Below, piece by piece: positions 42,401 through 64,000 of a DNA stretch of 64,000 nt. Each line of letters begins with the position of its first letter. Position 1 is the first letter of the stretch. The stretch lies in NCBI RefSeq assembly GCF_018350175.1, contig NC_058375.1, positions 203,050,001 through 203,114,000 on the forward strand. Direction: 5' to 3'. The position numbers and the translations under genes are program-made. The notes under the pieces were generated by a model, which was given only the letters and a program-made list of their open reading frames with translations, was not told the DNA's origin and did no database searches. Source of the stretch: Felis catus (Eukaryota).

Positions 42401-45320
42401 ACTGCTACGTGCCCCCCGCTCTGGCCGGTCCTTGTTCTTCGGAGGCCCTGGCGCACCCCTGCAACGGGGGGATCCCCGGCTTTGGGATATCCCCCTCGCT
42501 ACCCGCAGACCCACCTTCCGGGAGCTACAGCGTGTGCTCCATAAGCTGACCACCTTGCATGTCCACGGTGAGCCTTTTTTCTAGATCCCCAGACTCCCTA
42601 GATCTTCCTGTACTTTCCAGCCCAAGCTTTGGTTCTCATTTGTACATCCAGACAGCATCTTCATTGAGAGAAACCTGGAATGGCTTCTCTTCAACTAAAC
42701 TTGAGTAACGTCTTTTGTTTTATGGCAGAAGAAGACCCCCGGGAGACAGTCAGGTTGGACTCACCTCGGACACACTGGAAGACCATGAGAGAGAAGAAGG
42801 CTATCGAGGCAGAAAGAAAGGTCTCCAGTGATGAAAATGAGGCACTTGGGCAGAACGAGGAGTCTCCCAAACAGGGTTTGAGCACCATCTGGCAACTGTC
42901 CAATCTCTATCTGGGTGTCTATCCTGGAAATGCAGTCAGATCTCCTACTGTCACTTCCTTCTTTTTTTTTTAAGTAGGCTCCGCGCCCAGTACAGAGCCC
43001 GATGCAGGGCTTGAACTCACCACCCTGAGATTAAGACCTGAGCTGATATCGAGTCGGATGCTTAACCGACTGAACCACCCAGGCGCCCCACTTCCTTCTT
43101 TATAGATGAGCCCTTACACAACACACACACCGTTATACACACACACAAGTCTGTTATGATAAGGGGTATGTGGTAGCAGTTAGAGACGTGTTTTGTGACC
43201 TTTCCAAATTTCCTGTTCTCTTTTGTTCATGGATGTATCCTCAGTACTTAGAAAACACGAAATAGTACATGAAATAGACGCTTGTGTTGCATAAACCTTA
43301 CATAATTGACCTGTCTTACCGGATGGTGTGGTTTGGAGCTAAGGCCTGCTTTCCCGGCTGCAGACTCTTAGTCTGTGTGGCTGTCACTGCTCCCATGCTC
43401 AGACTCTGTTATGTACCATCCTAAGGCTGCTCAAGGGGAGAGTCTCAGGACACTTGTTCCTGCATAGCTCCTGCTGGGTCTGTCCTTGTCTGAGCTGAGA
43501 GTTCCATTTCTGCATGTGATACTAACGGATTCAGCTTTTGATGTGCTACTTGGTCTTGGCTGACAAACTACAAATACTTAATTTAATTTCAAGATCATCT
43601 GAATTGCCTTTTTATGTACACTTATAGCATCTGGGCCAGCCCACATACTTCCACCCTCTGTATTATCTCTTTGGACGGACCTCACATGTCATATTTTTCC
43701 CCAGGTTCAGGGTCGGAGGGAGAGGACAGCTTCCAGGTGGAGTTGGAGCTAGTAGAGTTGGCAGTGGGGACCCTGGATCTTCGGGAGTTTGAGGTATTGC
43801 CAAAGCGGAGGAGGAGGAAAAGGAATAATAAGAAGGAGAGAAGCCGAGACCTGGAGGCTCTTCCCCAGCAAACTCAAGGAGATGAGGCCCTCTCACAGTC
43901 CACCCAGGGACGGGCAGCCCCTGTGGGGCCTTCTCTGGATGAGGCCAAGACCCCCGATCAGTCAGAGCTCTGGGACATGCTTCTAGCTGCTTGCCGAGCC
44001 GGAGATGTTGGGATGTTGAAACTCCAGCTAGCTGCCGGCCCCATAGACCCTGGAGTTCTGTCTCTGCTCAGTGCCCCCTTGGGCTCCAGCGGCTTCACGC
44101 TCCTGCATGCGGCAGCTGCAGCTGGGAGAGGTTCAGTGGTTCGCCTGCTGCTGGAGGCGGGTGCTGACCCTACTGTGCAGTAAGTAAGGGTCCCCAAGCC
44201 GAGCCCTTTAGGGTATAGAGAGGATCGTCTGGAGGCTAATGGTGGTACTGGCTACTTCACAGTATCCCCTTCATCTGTCTGGGTGAGGTTGGGAGATGTA
44301 GGAAGCGAGCTGAACCCGTTTTTTTTGTGGGGGCGGTTTGCACCTAGGGACTCCAGGGCCCGGCCGCCATATACAGTCGCAGCTGACAAGTCAACACGTA
44401 ATGAGTTCCGAAGGTTCATGGAGAAGAATCCAGATGCTTATGATTACAGCAAGGCTCAGGTGAGCTGGAAAAGAAGCAGCAGCAGAGTAGGAAGCCATCA
44501 CAGACCCTGGCTAGATCTTTTCCACGTTCTTCTAGCTTCCCCAAAGATAGCGTGTATGGGTCTTACCTTACCCTTCCCTGGAAATTCTCCAGGTGCCAGG
44601 GCCCCTGACGCCAGAAATGGAGGCACAGCAGGCTCTGCGGAAAAGGGAGCAGAAGGCTGCCCGGCGGCAACGGGAAAAACAGCAGCTGCAGCAGCGGGAG
44701 CAGGAGGCGCGGGAGCAAGAAGAGCGGCGGCGCTTTGCCGCCCTCAGCGATCGGGAGAAGGTGAGGCTGGTGGTTCTCTCTTCCACAGCTGAGACCTCCT
44801 GCGAGGTCCGACCCCTTCCCAGTGTGCCGCTGTCACTTCTGGAGCATCCCATCCACCACTGGGGCCTTGTCCTTAACAAGACTTCTCTCCCCCGCAGAGA
44901 GCCCTGGCTGCAGAGCGCAGGCTGGCTGCCCAGCTGGGAGCCCCCACCCCTCAGGCCCCAGGCTCTGCAGTCATCAGTGCTCAGTAAGTGCTCAGCCTGC
45001 AGGGGCAGGCGTGATGGGTGGGCTGTGTTGGGGCACGCAGAGTGCGTGCTTGCAGAGAACTCAGGCTGTTGAGGGGACCTGAGATGTTCTGGGAACCCTC
45101 TGGAGCCAAACCAGAAACGGCAGGAGGGAATGGGGAGAGCTTGGATCGGAAAGTTTCCGGGGTACCTGGTCAGCCCTTTGTGTTCTTCTTGTCCAGACGC
45201 TGCTGGAGTTGTGGGACATCCCTCCAAGGCCTCGTTCCCTTTCACTATCTCGACTTCTCTTTCTGCTCCACACGCTGCCTCCGGGATCATCGCTGCCAGG
45301 CTGGAAAGCCCTCTTCCTGA
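39444..45320 (+). CDS. ANKZF1: Ankyrin repeat and zinc finger peptidyl-tRNA hydrolase 1 (Vms1 orthologue), 718 aa, 13 coding exons
   Basis: Exons 39444-39591, 40554-40663, 40883-40985, 41102-41295, 41695-41807, 41902-42049, 42339-42567, 42729-42875, 43705-44179, 44348-44459, 44593-44760, 44898-44983, 45197-45320; 2157 nt in frame. C2H2 finger ([18 protein letters not shown]), VLRF1 domain [18 protein letters not shown], ankyrin repeats, coiled coil, C-terminal RCWSCG...FCSTRCL. Confidence 0.96.
39925..40122 (-). mobile_element. Can-SINE in ANKZF1 intron (antisense to the gene)
   Basis: Tail, linker, head ending caggcgccc. Confidence 0.9.
42965..43088 (-). mobile_element. Short Can-SINE lacking the (CT)n linker
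   Basis: tRNA-derived head joined directly to the A tail; TSD cacttccttcttt at 42952-42964 and 43089-43101. Confidence 0.88.
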
Positions 45321-45495
45321 TCTCTTAGGGCTGTGCCTGGGGCTGACTCTGGGCCTTGAGAGGGTGCATTCATGCTAGCCTTAGGCTTCTTCTTTCCCAT
45401 GAAACCAGAGTGTTTGGAAGATTAGGGAGGACACTCAGGAACCAGGGCAAAGACAGGGCCACAGAGGTGTGTGGAGCTGGTACTGTCTCTGGAAC

Positions 45496-45501
45496 TTTAA
45501 T
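45496..45501 (-). terminator. GLB1L: Probable GLB1L polyadenylation signal ATTAAA
   Basis: tttaat on the plus strand; I found no minus-strand AATAAA between 45320 and 45638. Confidence 0.6.
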
Positions 45502-45504
45502 CAT

Positions 45505-45510
45505 AATAAA
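45505..45510 (+). terminator. ANKZF1: ANKZF1 polyadenylation signal AATAAA
   Basis: The only plus-strand AATAAA between the ANKZF1 and GLB1L stop codons. Confidence 0.8.
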
Positions 45511-45637
45511 GTCTGGCAAGGAAACTGCACTTGTACTCGCATTCAGGCCTTGTGACCTTTGGTTCCACGTGGTCACCGGGGCCAGCACCAAGGGATCCTA
45601 CCCACTCCGTGTCCCAGGCCCAAGGGTTACCTTTCTT

Positions 45638-54142
<8,505 letters not shown>

Positions 54143-54279
54143 GGCGCTAACACGGCTCCTCTAGTCAGAGAGGGCGGTCCGACTGTCACGTGGCGGATTC
54201 CTGGGAGGGAACCTCAGCGAGCAAGGGGGCGGAGACCACCTCTAGTTGCCAGGCGACCAGCCGGGCCTTGTCCACCCGC

Positions 54280-54455
54280 TACTCTACTAGTTTGTAAAAT
54301 CCTCTACATCTTGAATCAGCTTCATCAGCGTCACCTGGGAGCTTGTTAGAAATGCAGAGTCTCAGGTCCTACCTCAGACCTACAGAATCAGAATTTGTAC
54401 TTTAACAAGATTCCCAGGCGATTCTAAAGACATCCAAGATTGAGAAGCACTGTTC
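54280..54455. mobile_element. MER5A-like DNA transposon remnant
   Basis: 'catcagcgtcacctgggagcttgttagaaatgcagagtctcagg...agaatcagaatttgtactttaacaagattcccagg...ttgagaagcactg'. Confidence 0.75.
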
Positions 54456-55299
54456 TACTAAACCGAGCTCCTTGAGGGTGAAGAGTACCTTGTCCACCTT
54501 GAATCCTCAGCTTCTAGTATAAGGCCCGGCACATAACAGGTTAAATCTAGATGAATGAATGTCAGAACCAGGGGGCAAAAACAGGTTCAGAACCAAGAGA
54601 AACCAGATCTTCCCAGTGGTGTGAAAGTGGGGAACAGATTATAAGAGGGATCTTTTTTCCTGGTGGTCCCGTTTCAGTAAGAGACCATCTCGGCCATCCC
54701 GTCTTCTTTGGATGTGCACTGCTCTCCAATTTATCCCTGCCTGCCTGTGCGAGAGATGCCAAGGACAACTTGGGGCCAAGACTTGGGGATTTGTGAATTT
54801 CCATGACTCCTGCCTTCACAGTCCCAAGCCTGGGATGTAAGGACCAGGATAAAATAAATAAAATGATAATAAAAATAATAGTAATTTCTGTTTACTGACA
54901 CTAAGGGCTGTGTGTCAGATATTGTGCTCAGCACTTTACATCTCATTTAATCTTCAAAAAACTCTGCGCAGTAGATAATTCTCATTTCCATTTTACAGAT
55001 GAAGAAATTGAGAGAAAATTTAAATAGCCTGTTTAAGGTCACATAACTAGTTTAGCAGAGATGGGATTTGAACTAGGCATTCTGGCCCCACAGTACGTGC
55101 ACTTAACTTTGGGTACTATTATACCTTGTTACCATTTAGGGAAACCGAGGCTCTGAGAGGTTAAGTAAGTCGTCCGAGGTCACACAGCTAGTAACTAAGC
55201 TGTTAAGACAAGATTTAGAACCTAGTCTGGTTCAAAAGCCCAAGCTCTTAACCACTGAAATTAGAGTGGTGGGATACAGGCCAGAGCCCCAAGGTTGTA

Positions 55300-56250
55300 C
55301 TGATCAGAGACGTAGAGGTCCAGGCCGCCAGCACCCACCCCAGAACGGCCCCTCGCGGCTGGACTGTAGTCAGCCTCCTACCTCCGGCATTGGGAGATGG
55401 AAGTCCTGGGGGCCTCGGGCCGAGCCCGGCTTTGCTCCCGTTTGGCGTAAGTGCCTGCGTCTTGACCACTACTGAAGGCCAGGTGTGGAACCTTCACCCG
55501 GGTCCTGGGACCCGTCCTACCCCGGGCTTAGCCCGCCCCCGGCCTCTCTGCTTCTGGCCCCCACATCATCCCTACGCCCAGCGGTTGCTAGGCTACCGCG
55601 GGCCGTTACGCCGGCGCGGAATGATGACGTACGCACTTCTTCCGGTCTCCCGCGTCTTTCTCCAGCCCGAGCCAGGTCAGTGGGGATCCGGGGCCGACTC
55701 TCCCCGGGCTCTGCGCGCCGAGGCCGGGGGTGGGCCCTTCTGGAGGTGGGCTAGGGCCTCGCACCCCCCGGAACTACCCTCTGCCCTGCCGTGGCGGCCC
55801 GATGACCGTGGGAGCGGGGGCCTCTCCAAGGTGGGCTGGGGTTGGAAGAAGCGGCCTGGTAGTCGCTGTGTGGCCGGAGGTTTTAAGGCACCTGACTCCA
55901 ACCTTCCTGGAGTTGGCGTCGCCAGGGCCCGTTTTCTCTACGTTCCGGGACCTGGGCCCCAGCTCTCCTGGTACTTCAGGGGTGGTCTGGATTGTCCCTG
56001 ACCCACGACTCTGCCGTTTTTTTCCTTCCAGCATGATCCGCTGGGCCCCCAGCGCATCCCCTGGAAGAGCCCACTCAACCTGGACGAAGCCTTCGGCAGC
56101 CTCAGACCGCCCTTGAGGAGGATGACTGAGACACTATGGGCCACGCGCTGTGTGTCTGCTCTCGGGGAACTGTCATCATTGACAATAAGCGCTACCTCTT
56201 CATCCAGAAACTGGGGGAGGGGTGAGTGTTTGGAAATCACTTAGCTAGTA
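55300..56250. promoter_or_regulatory. Bidirectional CpG-island promoter GLB1L(-)/STK16(+)
   Basis: CpG-rich; TGACGT half-CRE at 55625 next to ETS-like cttccgg ~55639; STK16 exon-1 donor CAG|gtcagt at 55675; exon-2 acceptor at 56032. Confidence 0.75.
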
Positions 56251-58746
56251 GTACCCAGCGTTATGGCGATTGAAGGACAGCAGTCTGCACAAGATAGGGG
56301 CATAGAAGTATCCTCTTAACATATCCTTTAGGTCACCTGTCAGAGCCTAGCGACACGGTAGTCAAAACAGTGGATTCTGGAGCCAGGCCTCCTGGATCCG
56401 CCTTGTGTGACCTTGAAAACCTGTGGTTTCTTCATCTGCTTAATGGAGATAATTTTTTTTTTTTTTTTTGTCACTGATGGAGTTGTAAGAATTAAATGAG
56501 ATAATGCATATAAAACATCTCACCCAGTGACTGGCTCACAGCACTTGATAAATGTTGAGTGTTACTCATTTAATATTTATGGAGCGTTTGTCATGTGCAG
56601 AGCACTGCCTTATGATCAAAGCACCTCAGAGATTACTGTGTTCCTGCTCTTGAGCCCAAAGTGTAAAATCGTCACACTCCTCTTGAAGCCACATCTTGGG
56701 AGGGTTTTTGCCAACTGGGAAAGATTCCCCCCCCCCCCCCGACCTCTTCCCTCCAGGGAATCCCTAGCAGTATGGGAGATGACCGTGGTCCTTCACTGAC
56801 CCCTTTGGCCCACAGTGGGTTCAGCTATGTGGACCTAGTGGAGGGGTTACATGATGGACACTTCTACGCCCTGAAGCGGATCCTGTGTCACGAGCAGCAG
56901 GATCGGGAGGAGGCCCAACGAGAAGCAGACATGCATCGCCTCTTCCATCACCCCAACATCCTTCGCCTTGTGGCTTATTGTCTGAGAGAGCGGGGCACCA
57001 AACATGAAGCCTGGCTGCTGCTACCCTTCTTCAAGGTCAGAAAGTCTCCTGGCAATGGAGGGGCTTGCAACAAAGCCATCTACCAAGGGCTGTGTGAGTA
57101 GTCAAGCATGTTAGGAAGCAGACGTCATGTCCTGGGTTTGACCACTTCAGATTTGGGGTTTAGAGGAACCCAGGTGGGAATGTGAGGTGTATAGTGCGTG
57201 CAGTGAAAGAGTTGATAGGCTGTGACACAGGGAAGGGATCAGGGTCCGGGATCAGAGGCTCAGAAAACATCTCCAACTGTGGGAAAACTTGTGTTGCAGA
57301 GGGGTACGCTGTGGAATGAGATAGAAAGGCTGAAGGACAAAGGCAACTTCTTGACTGAAGATCAAATCCTTCAGCTGCTGCTCGGTATCTGCAGAGGCCT
57401 TGAGGCCATTCATGCCAGAGGTTATGCCCACAGGTCAGTGGGAGGGCCGTGCGTATTTATGGGGCAAAAAGGAAGAGCCTCACCAAGAGGATCAAGAGGT
57501 CTCTGCTCTCCTCCCAAGGAACAATCCCCATGATTCTTTTGCCCTCAGCGATTCCAGCCTCCCTGTCCAGGGATGCTCATGGGCCATTTCTACTTCCCTA
57601 CAGGGACCTGAAGCCTACCAATATCTTGCTTGGAGATGAGGGGCAACCGGTTTTAATGGACTTGGGCTCCATGAATCAAGCTTGCATCCATGTGGAGGGC
57701 TCCCGCCAGGCTCTGGCCCTGCAGGTAACAGAGCGTCCGGCTCCTTTGCCCTCCTGTTCCCCATCCGCAACTTCTTCCGGTGTGTGCCCCAATTTGGTCA
57801 CATGACTATGACCTGTGCCCCACTTTTGAGTTGTGGGGCCACTGTTCCAGGACTGGGCAGCCCAGAGATGCACCATCTCCTACCGGGCCCCGGAGCTCTT
57901 CTCTGTGCAGAGCCACTGTGTCATCGATGAGCGGACCGATGTCTGGGTGAGGAACATGTGGGCGGGAGTATGGCGGGGAGAGGAATGCTACTCTGTACCT
58001 GCTGTGAAGTAGAGAGGCAGGTCTTTGTTTTCGAATGCATGGGGCCCTAGGAACTGCATGTGTCCCCATCCCCCTCGACTTCCTTCCTGGGAGCTGTCAC
58101 TGACACCATACTCAGTTGCTCAGGAAGTGGTATAATCCCGCTCTTTGAACAGAGTGAGTACAGCTAAATGTCAGGCCTGAAGGCAGTGGCTAAACGAGGG
58201 GTACAGAAGCCTCCAGCTACCTGGTGATTTCTCTGGACCCTGGTTTGGTGTCATGTGGCTGAGGTCAGCATAATCTTTTTAGCTTATGCAGTCACATTTC
58301 ACTATAGAATTAAGAGGAGAGGTATCCCCCCCATTGGTCCCCTGTCAAAGAATAACCAAGTTGTGCTCAGTCCCTAGGCTGTGTGCTATATGCCATGATG
58401 TTTGGGGAGGGCCCGTATGACATGGTGTTCCAGAAGGGTGACAGTGTGGCCCTTGCCGTGCAGAACCAACTAAGCATCCCGCACAGTCCCAGGTAAGCAA
58501 TAAAAGGGCCACCAAACATTTCAGACTGCTCCCAGACATTAGTGGAGTTGGAACCTTCGCACAGGGAACGAGGACTGTCTGGTCACCCTGTCCGCCTCCT
58601 TCCACAGGCATTCTTCAGCACTGCGGCAGCTCTTGGCCTCCATGATGACTGTAGACCCCCAGCAGCGTCCTCCCATTCATCTCCTTCTCAGTCAGCTGGA
58701 GGCACTGCAACCCCCGGCTTTGGGCCAGCACACCACCCAAATCTGA
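56136..58746 (+). CDS. STK16: Serine/threonine-protein kinase 16 (MPSK1, NAK family), 305 aa, 7 coding exons
   Basis: Exons 56136-56221, 56816-57035, 57300-57433, 57604-57724, 57851-57946, 58371-58492, 58608-58746; 918 nt in frame. MGHALCVC myristoylation/palmitoylation N-terminus, GEGGFS, YALK, HRDLKPTN, DLGS, YRAPE. Confidence 0.97.
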
Positions 58747-59077
58747 ACACACCAGTGGCCATTTTGAGGTGGCCCCCGGGCCTTGGAAGGAGGATCCCAT
58801 CCCCTTATTAGAATCTCCACGTGTTCTCTCCAGGACTACTGTCTTGCAGTTGGGGGCAAGTGGGTAGGGACAGTCAACTCAGTCTTCTGTCTCTGCTTCT
58901 GCTCGCTTATCTCAAAGAGCAACAACTGAACAGGGGGACAGACTGAGTTGGGGTGGACAGGGTTGGGGAATGGGGAAAGGGAAACTGATAGAATCGAGAC
59001 AGGTTCTGAGCAGGACTGCTGAGCTTACATCATGGTCTGCCTCCACATCTGGGAGCAAGAGAATGTATAAAAAGAAG

Positions 59078-59083
59078 AATAAA
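59078..59083 (+). terminator. STK16: STK16 polyadenylation signal AATAAA
   Basis: First AATAAA after the stop, followed by a GT-rich tract. Confidence 0.75.
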
Positions 59084-60485
59084 GTGAAAGCAGCTTGGTG
59101 TGGACCTTAGTCTCATTGTTCCTGGAGTGAGAAGAGGTGCCAGGGGTCCAAGGTCTGGCTGCCGTTTCCAAGGGAACAGACCGGGAAGAGACACTGGTGT
59201 AGCGAAGGGTGGTGGGACTTCGTCATTCCACGTGAGGAGGCAGGTATCCTTACCTTACATCTGGCTAGCCAGGAGCGGGCAGTTCTCCTAGCTTGCCTTG
59301 GTCAGACACTTAAAAGCTGTTCTGGATTGAGCTGGCCTCTGTGCTAAGAACTGGGACCAGGGCTCCCTAGAAGCACACTCAATTCTTTCCTTCATTCCCA
59401 GGAGTGGGTAGCTGAGTCAAAGCAGCCCAGCCGGTTTGCCAGGCAAGGGCTCCTGGGTGGAGACACCTGAGGAAGCTTTGGGACAACAACATAACAGGTC
59501 TCCCAGCCTCAGCCTGGGGGCAAGGGGAGTGGAGGTGGCAGCCTTGTGGCCCACAGTTTCTCCCAGATGGTTCTAGCTCACACATGGTTAATGATTAATG
59601 AGGCCACTTGGTGTGGCAGTATCCAGCTGCCACTTCCTGTCTACTCTGCTGAGTAAACAGGGGCCCTGCCTTTGCTAGGCTGAACTGTTCCCTAGGGAAG
59701 GGCACTGCGTCCCTGAATCACCAGGGAGGGGAAGGCAAGGGCAGGGCTGGCATCTCCTGCTCCTGAGATTGAAGCTTCTTTTCTCCCTCCCCCCCCATGC
59801 TCACCCCCATGTGCTGACGTCGATGTGGGTCCTGGGGTGCCTATTAGCAATGCTGGAATTTTCTCCAGGGCCCTGGCAGGAGGCTCCCCCCAGCTAGCAT
59901 AGAGGCTGAGGCCAGAAAGAGAGCACAAACAGAGAAGAGATGACCTGACTTTTAATGGCACAGCCCTAGGCCCCAGCAACGCAGCAAGAGAGACACTCAG
60001 CTGTGCAAAGCTGCTCGGAGGTGCAGTGACACAACTCAAGGAGATCGCCCTTGTCCCCTCCCATCCCCCAAGCTTATGACTAGGCTCCGTGCCCAGGAAT
60101 TGTGGGCCAGCCCAGCCCCGCTCCCAAGCCCTCATCACGCACAGAGGTGCCCGGGCCAAGCTTCCAGAGTCAGTGAATGCAGAAGCAGCAGGAAGAATAG
60201 GGTAGCAGTCTAACTCAAATACAGAAACTGCTGGACTTAAACTTCTACTTGGAAAGGAAGTGAGAACTCGTATCTTTTCAACAGCTTGTGGCTGGACAGA
60301 CAGGTCCGGGATTCAGTCCTCCTTTCCTCTCTACTCTCCTGGGCGCCCCTGGGATCTTACATCAAGGTCCCTGAGGTCACGTTTCCTGGGCCTGGCAAGG
60401 ACCCCTTGGCAGATCTCACCTTCAGCCATGGAAGGGAAAGGGGTCATGGGCAGCAAAGAATGAGGGCGGCAGCAGAAGCAGTGAA

Positions 60486-60524
60486 GCAGTGGCAGTGGCA
60501 GTGGCAGCGGCAGCGGCAGCGGCA
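60486..60524. repeat. Compound hexamer repeat (GCAGTG)3(GCAGCG)3
   Basis: Direct reading of the sequence; lies just downstream of the proximal TUBA4A poly(A) signal. Confidence 0.9.
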
Positions 60525-60589
60525 CAGAGAGGAAGGCAGCAGAAGCTCAAGCACTCACAGAGGGGACAAGAAACCGTGCAAGGAGACTG

Positions 60590-60595
60590 TTTATT
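60590..60595 (-). terminator. TUBA4A: TUBA4A proximal polyadenylation signal AATAAA
   Basis: tttatt on the plus strand 50 nt past the stop. Confidence 0.7.
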
Positions 60596-60644
60596 TCGAA
60601 AGGATTTTGCAATAAACATAGTGAATGGGCTCCAGGCAGCTGTT

Positions 60645-62591
<1,947 letters not shown>

Positions 62592-63279
62592 TCATGAGCT
62601 TCTCTCCCACCCTATCACCTACCTACCAGCCAGGATGCTTCGGTTGGCCAAAGTGGACGCCTGGGGCTGGGCAGAGGTGGGAAGAGGCTGGCAGCCTGCC
62701 CAGGCTGCCCCACATAGGACTTAACAACTGGAGGCACCCAGTAGGGCAAACCAATCCCTTCAGTCTACTTCCCTGTGAGGACCTTGTCAAGTAAGAGCTG
62801 TGGCTCCACATGACCCTGCCACACTCAGAAGATGCTCAGGGAGGACAGAGAGGGTAAGTGCACCCGAAAAGCAGGCAGATACTGCAATGACTCTGAGACA
62901 AGGGCAAGCGACTTTTCAGCCATTTTCAGATTTATACTCCCAAAGCTACCTTTCTCAAGAACCTGAGAAAGGACAGGTTTTTCCAGGGCCATGAGTTTAT
63001 AGCTAGAAGCCCCCCAACTTGACTAATTCTTTGAGGATGAGCAGCTGGAATTTCATATAACCCTCTCCCCCTTTCTTTCCTGTGGGCTGCAGAGGTGTCT
63101 CAGACCTCGAGTCTGGCATCAACTGACCACACTGACCATCAGGGTGTCCTCTCCAACACCTTTAAATCCCATCTGGCTCTGGAGATCAATCCCAGCTGGC
63201 TCCTCTCCCCACCTCCACCCCCACACTCTGGGTGTCTTCACCACCTTCACCCACCGCGCAGCCCTCACGGAAATAGCAG

Positions 63280-64000
63280 AGGGTGCAGATGGCAGGCGCG
63301 GGCAATAAGGGTTGTGGGCACTGGGGCACCGGCTGCCTTAGGCTCATCCCTGCCAGTCTGAAATTAACCCCTAAAGAGCCAAAGTGGTGCGGCGCAGGGC
63401 CCGCGCAGCCTCCCTTCCCAACACCGAAATGGCGGGGTGACGGTTTCCAAACACCCAGAAAAGGAAGCGGAACCTGCGGTGAGGCCCCAGAGGTAACCCG
63501 CCTTGCCCTGCGCAGGGTGAGCGCCATCCTGCACCCCCGGTCCCGCAATCGCCCCCCCTTCTAGATTCTTTCCAGTTACATCCCAGCCGAAAGCGAAGAT
63601 TGGATTTCGGCCCCCGTTCCCGGGCTATAAATACCACCCCCCTACACACACCTCTTTCCCCTCCCCCCAACCTGGCCTGGGCCCGCGCTCTCGCTCAGCG
63701 CCAGCTGTCTCTGCCCGTCCGTTCACTGGGCTCGGGCAGGAGAGGGGCCGACTCGCCTCATGAGGCCGAACCCCATTCCTGCCACCCCTCCTGGCTCAGA
63801 AGCGGGGTGCTGAGTCACGGGGGGGGGAGGGCCGTGGGTAGGAGGGATGCACACACAGTCGGAGGAAAAGGGGATGCTGAACCAAGTAATCTGACCCCCT
63901 ACCACCTTCTTGTGCTAAGCACGTGTTCGCTCAGTTCCGGGGAGCGGGGGTCGCGGTGGGGGGAGGCCAGGGGCGGAGGGCAGCCCAGGGGGTCTCTCTC
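63280..64000. promoter_or_regulatory. TUBA4A: CpG island in TUBA4A intron 1 / promoter region
   Basis: GC/CpG-rich; TATA-like TATAAATA at 63626-63633; YY1-like aaatggcgg ~63428. Confidence 0.6.

Noticed and set aside
63620-64000. Plus-strand TATAAATA as the start of a TUBA4B-like antisense gene
   Set aside because: No tubulin-like coding sequence or convincing exon on the plus strand within the window; cannot be supported.

Overview
Mammalian genomic DNA from a feliform carnivore, almost certainly a felid, judged from the Felidae-type Can-SINEs. It is the block syntenic with human 2q35. Bases 1-18 kb are intergenic, with about 23 Can-SINEs set in older L2, L1, MIR, MLT1 and MER remnants. The remaining 46 kb holds seven tightly packed genes: ZFAND2B(+), ABCB6(-), ATG9A(-), ANKZF1(+), GLB1L(-), STK16(+) and TUBA4A(-). 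I traced the exons by hand against remembered human proteins. All reading frames close without frameshifts, except that two ATG9A exons are hidden by N runs and TUBA4A exon 1 appears to lie just beyond the window. There are no rRNA, tRNA or CRISPR features. I see no wholly new multi-gene system. The best leads are local: (1) a 46-bp tandem duplication that copies the GLB1L first-coding-exon splice donor; (2) a spliced ATG9A uORF whose stop overlaps the main start (TGATG); (3) a U12 AT-AC intron in ATG9A; (4) a 35-bp spacer apparently flipped between head-to-head SINEs; (5) a 48-nt retrocopied mRNA tail with a target-site duplication (TSD); (6) back-to-back poly(A) signals giving overlapping ANKZF1/GLB1L 3' ends; (7) a phase-compatible ATG9A-ABCB6 read-through; (8) a possible Arg-rich alternative first exon of TUBA4A. 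The five N runs cover conserved exons, and the three whose length can be tested preserve it exactly, so they look like masks rather than gaps. Protein comparisons and repeat-family names come from memory, not from searches.
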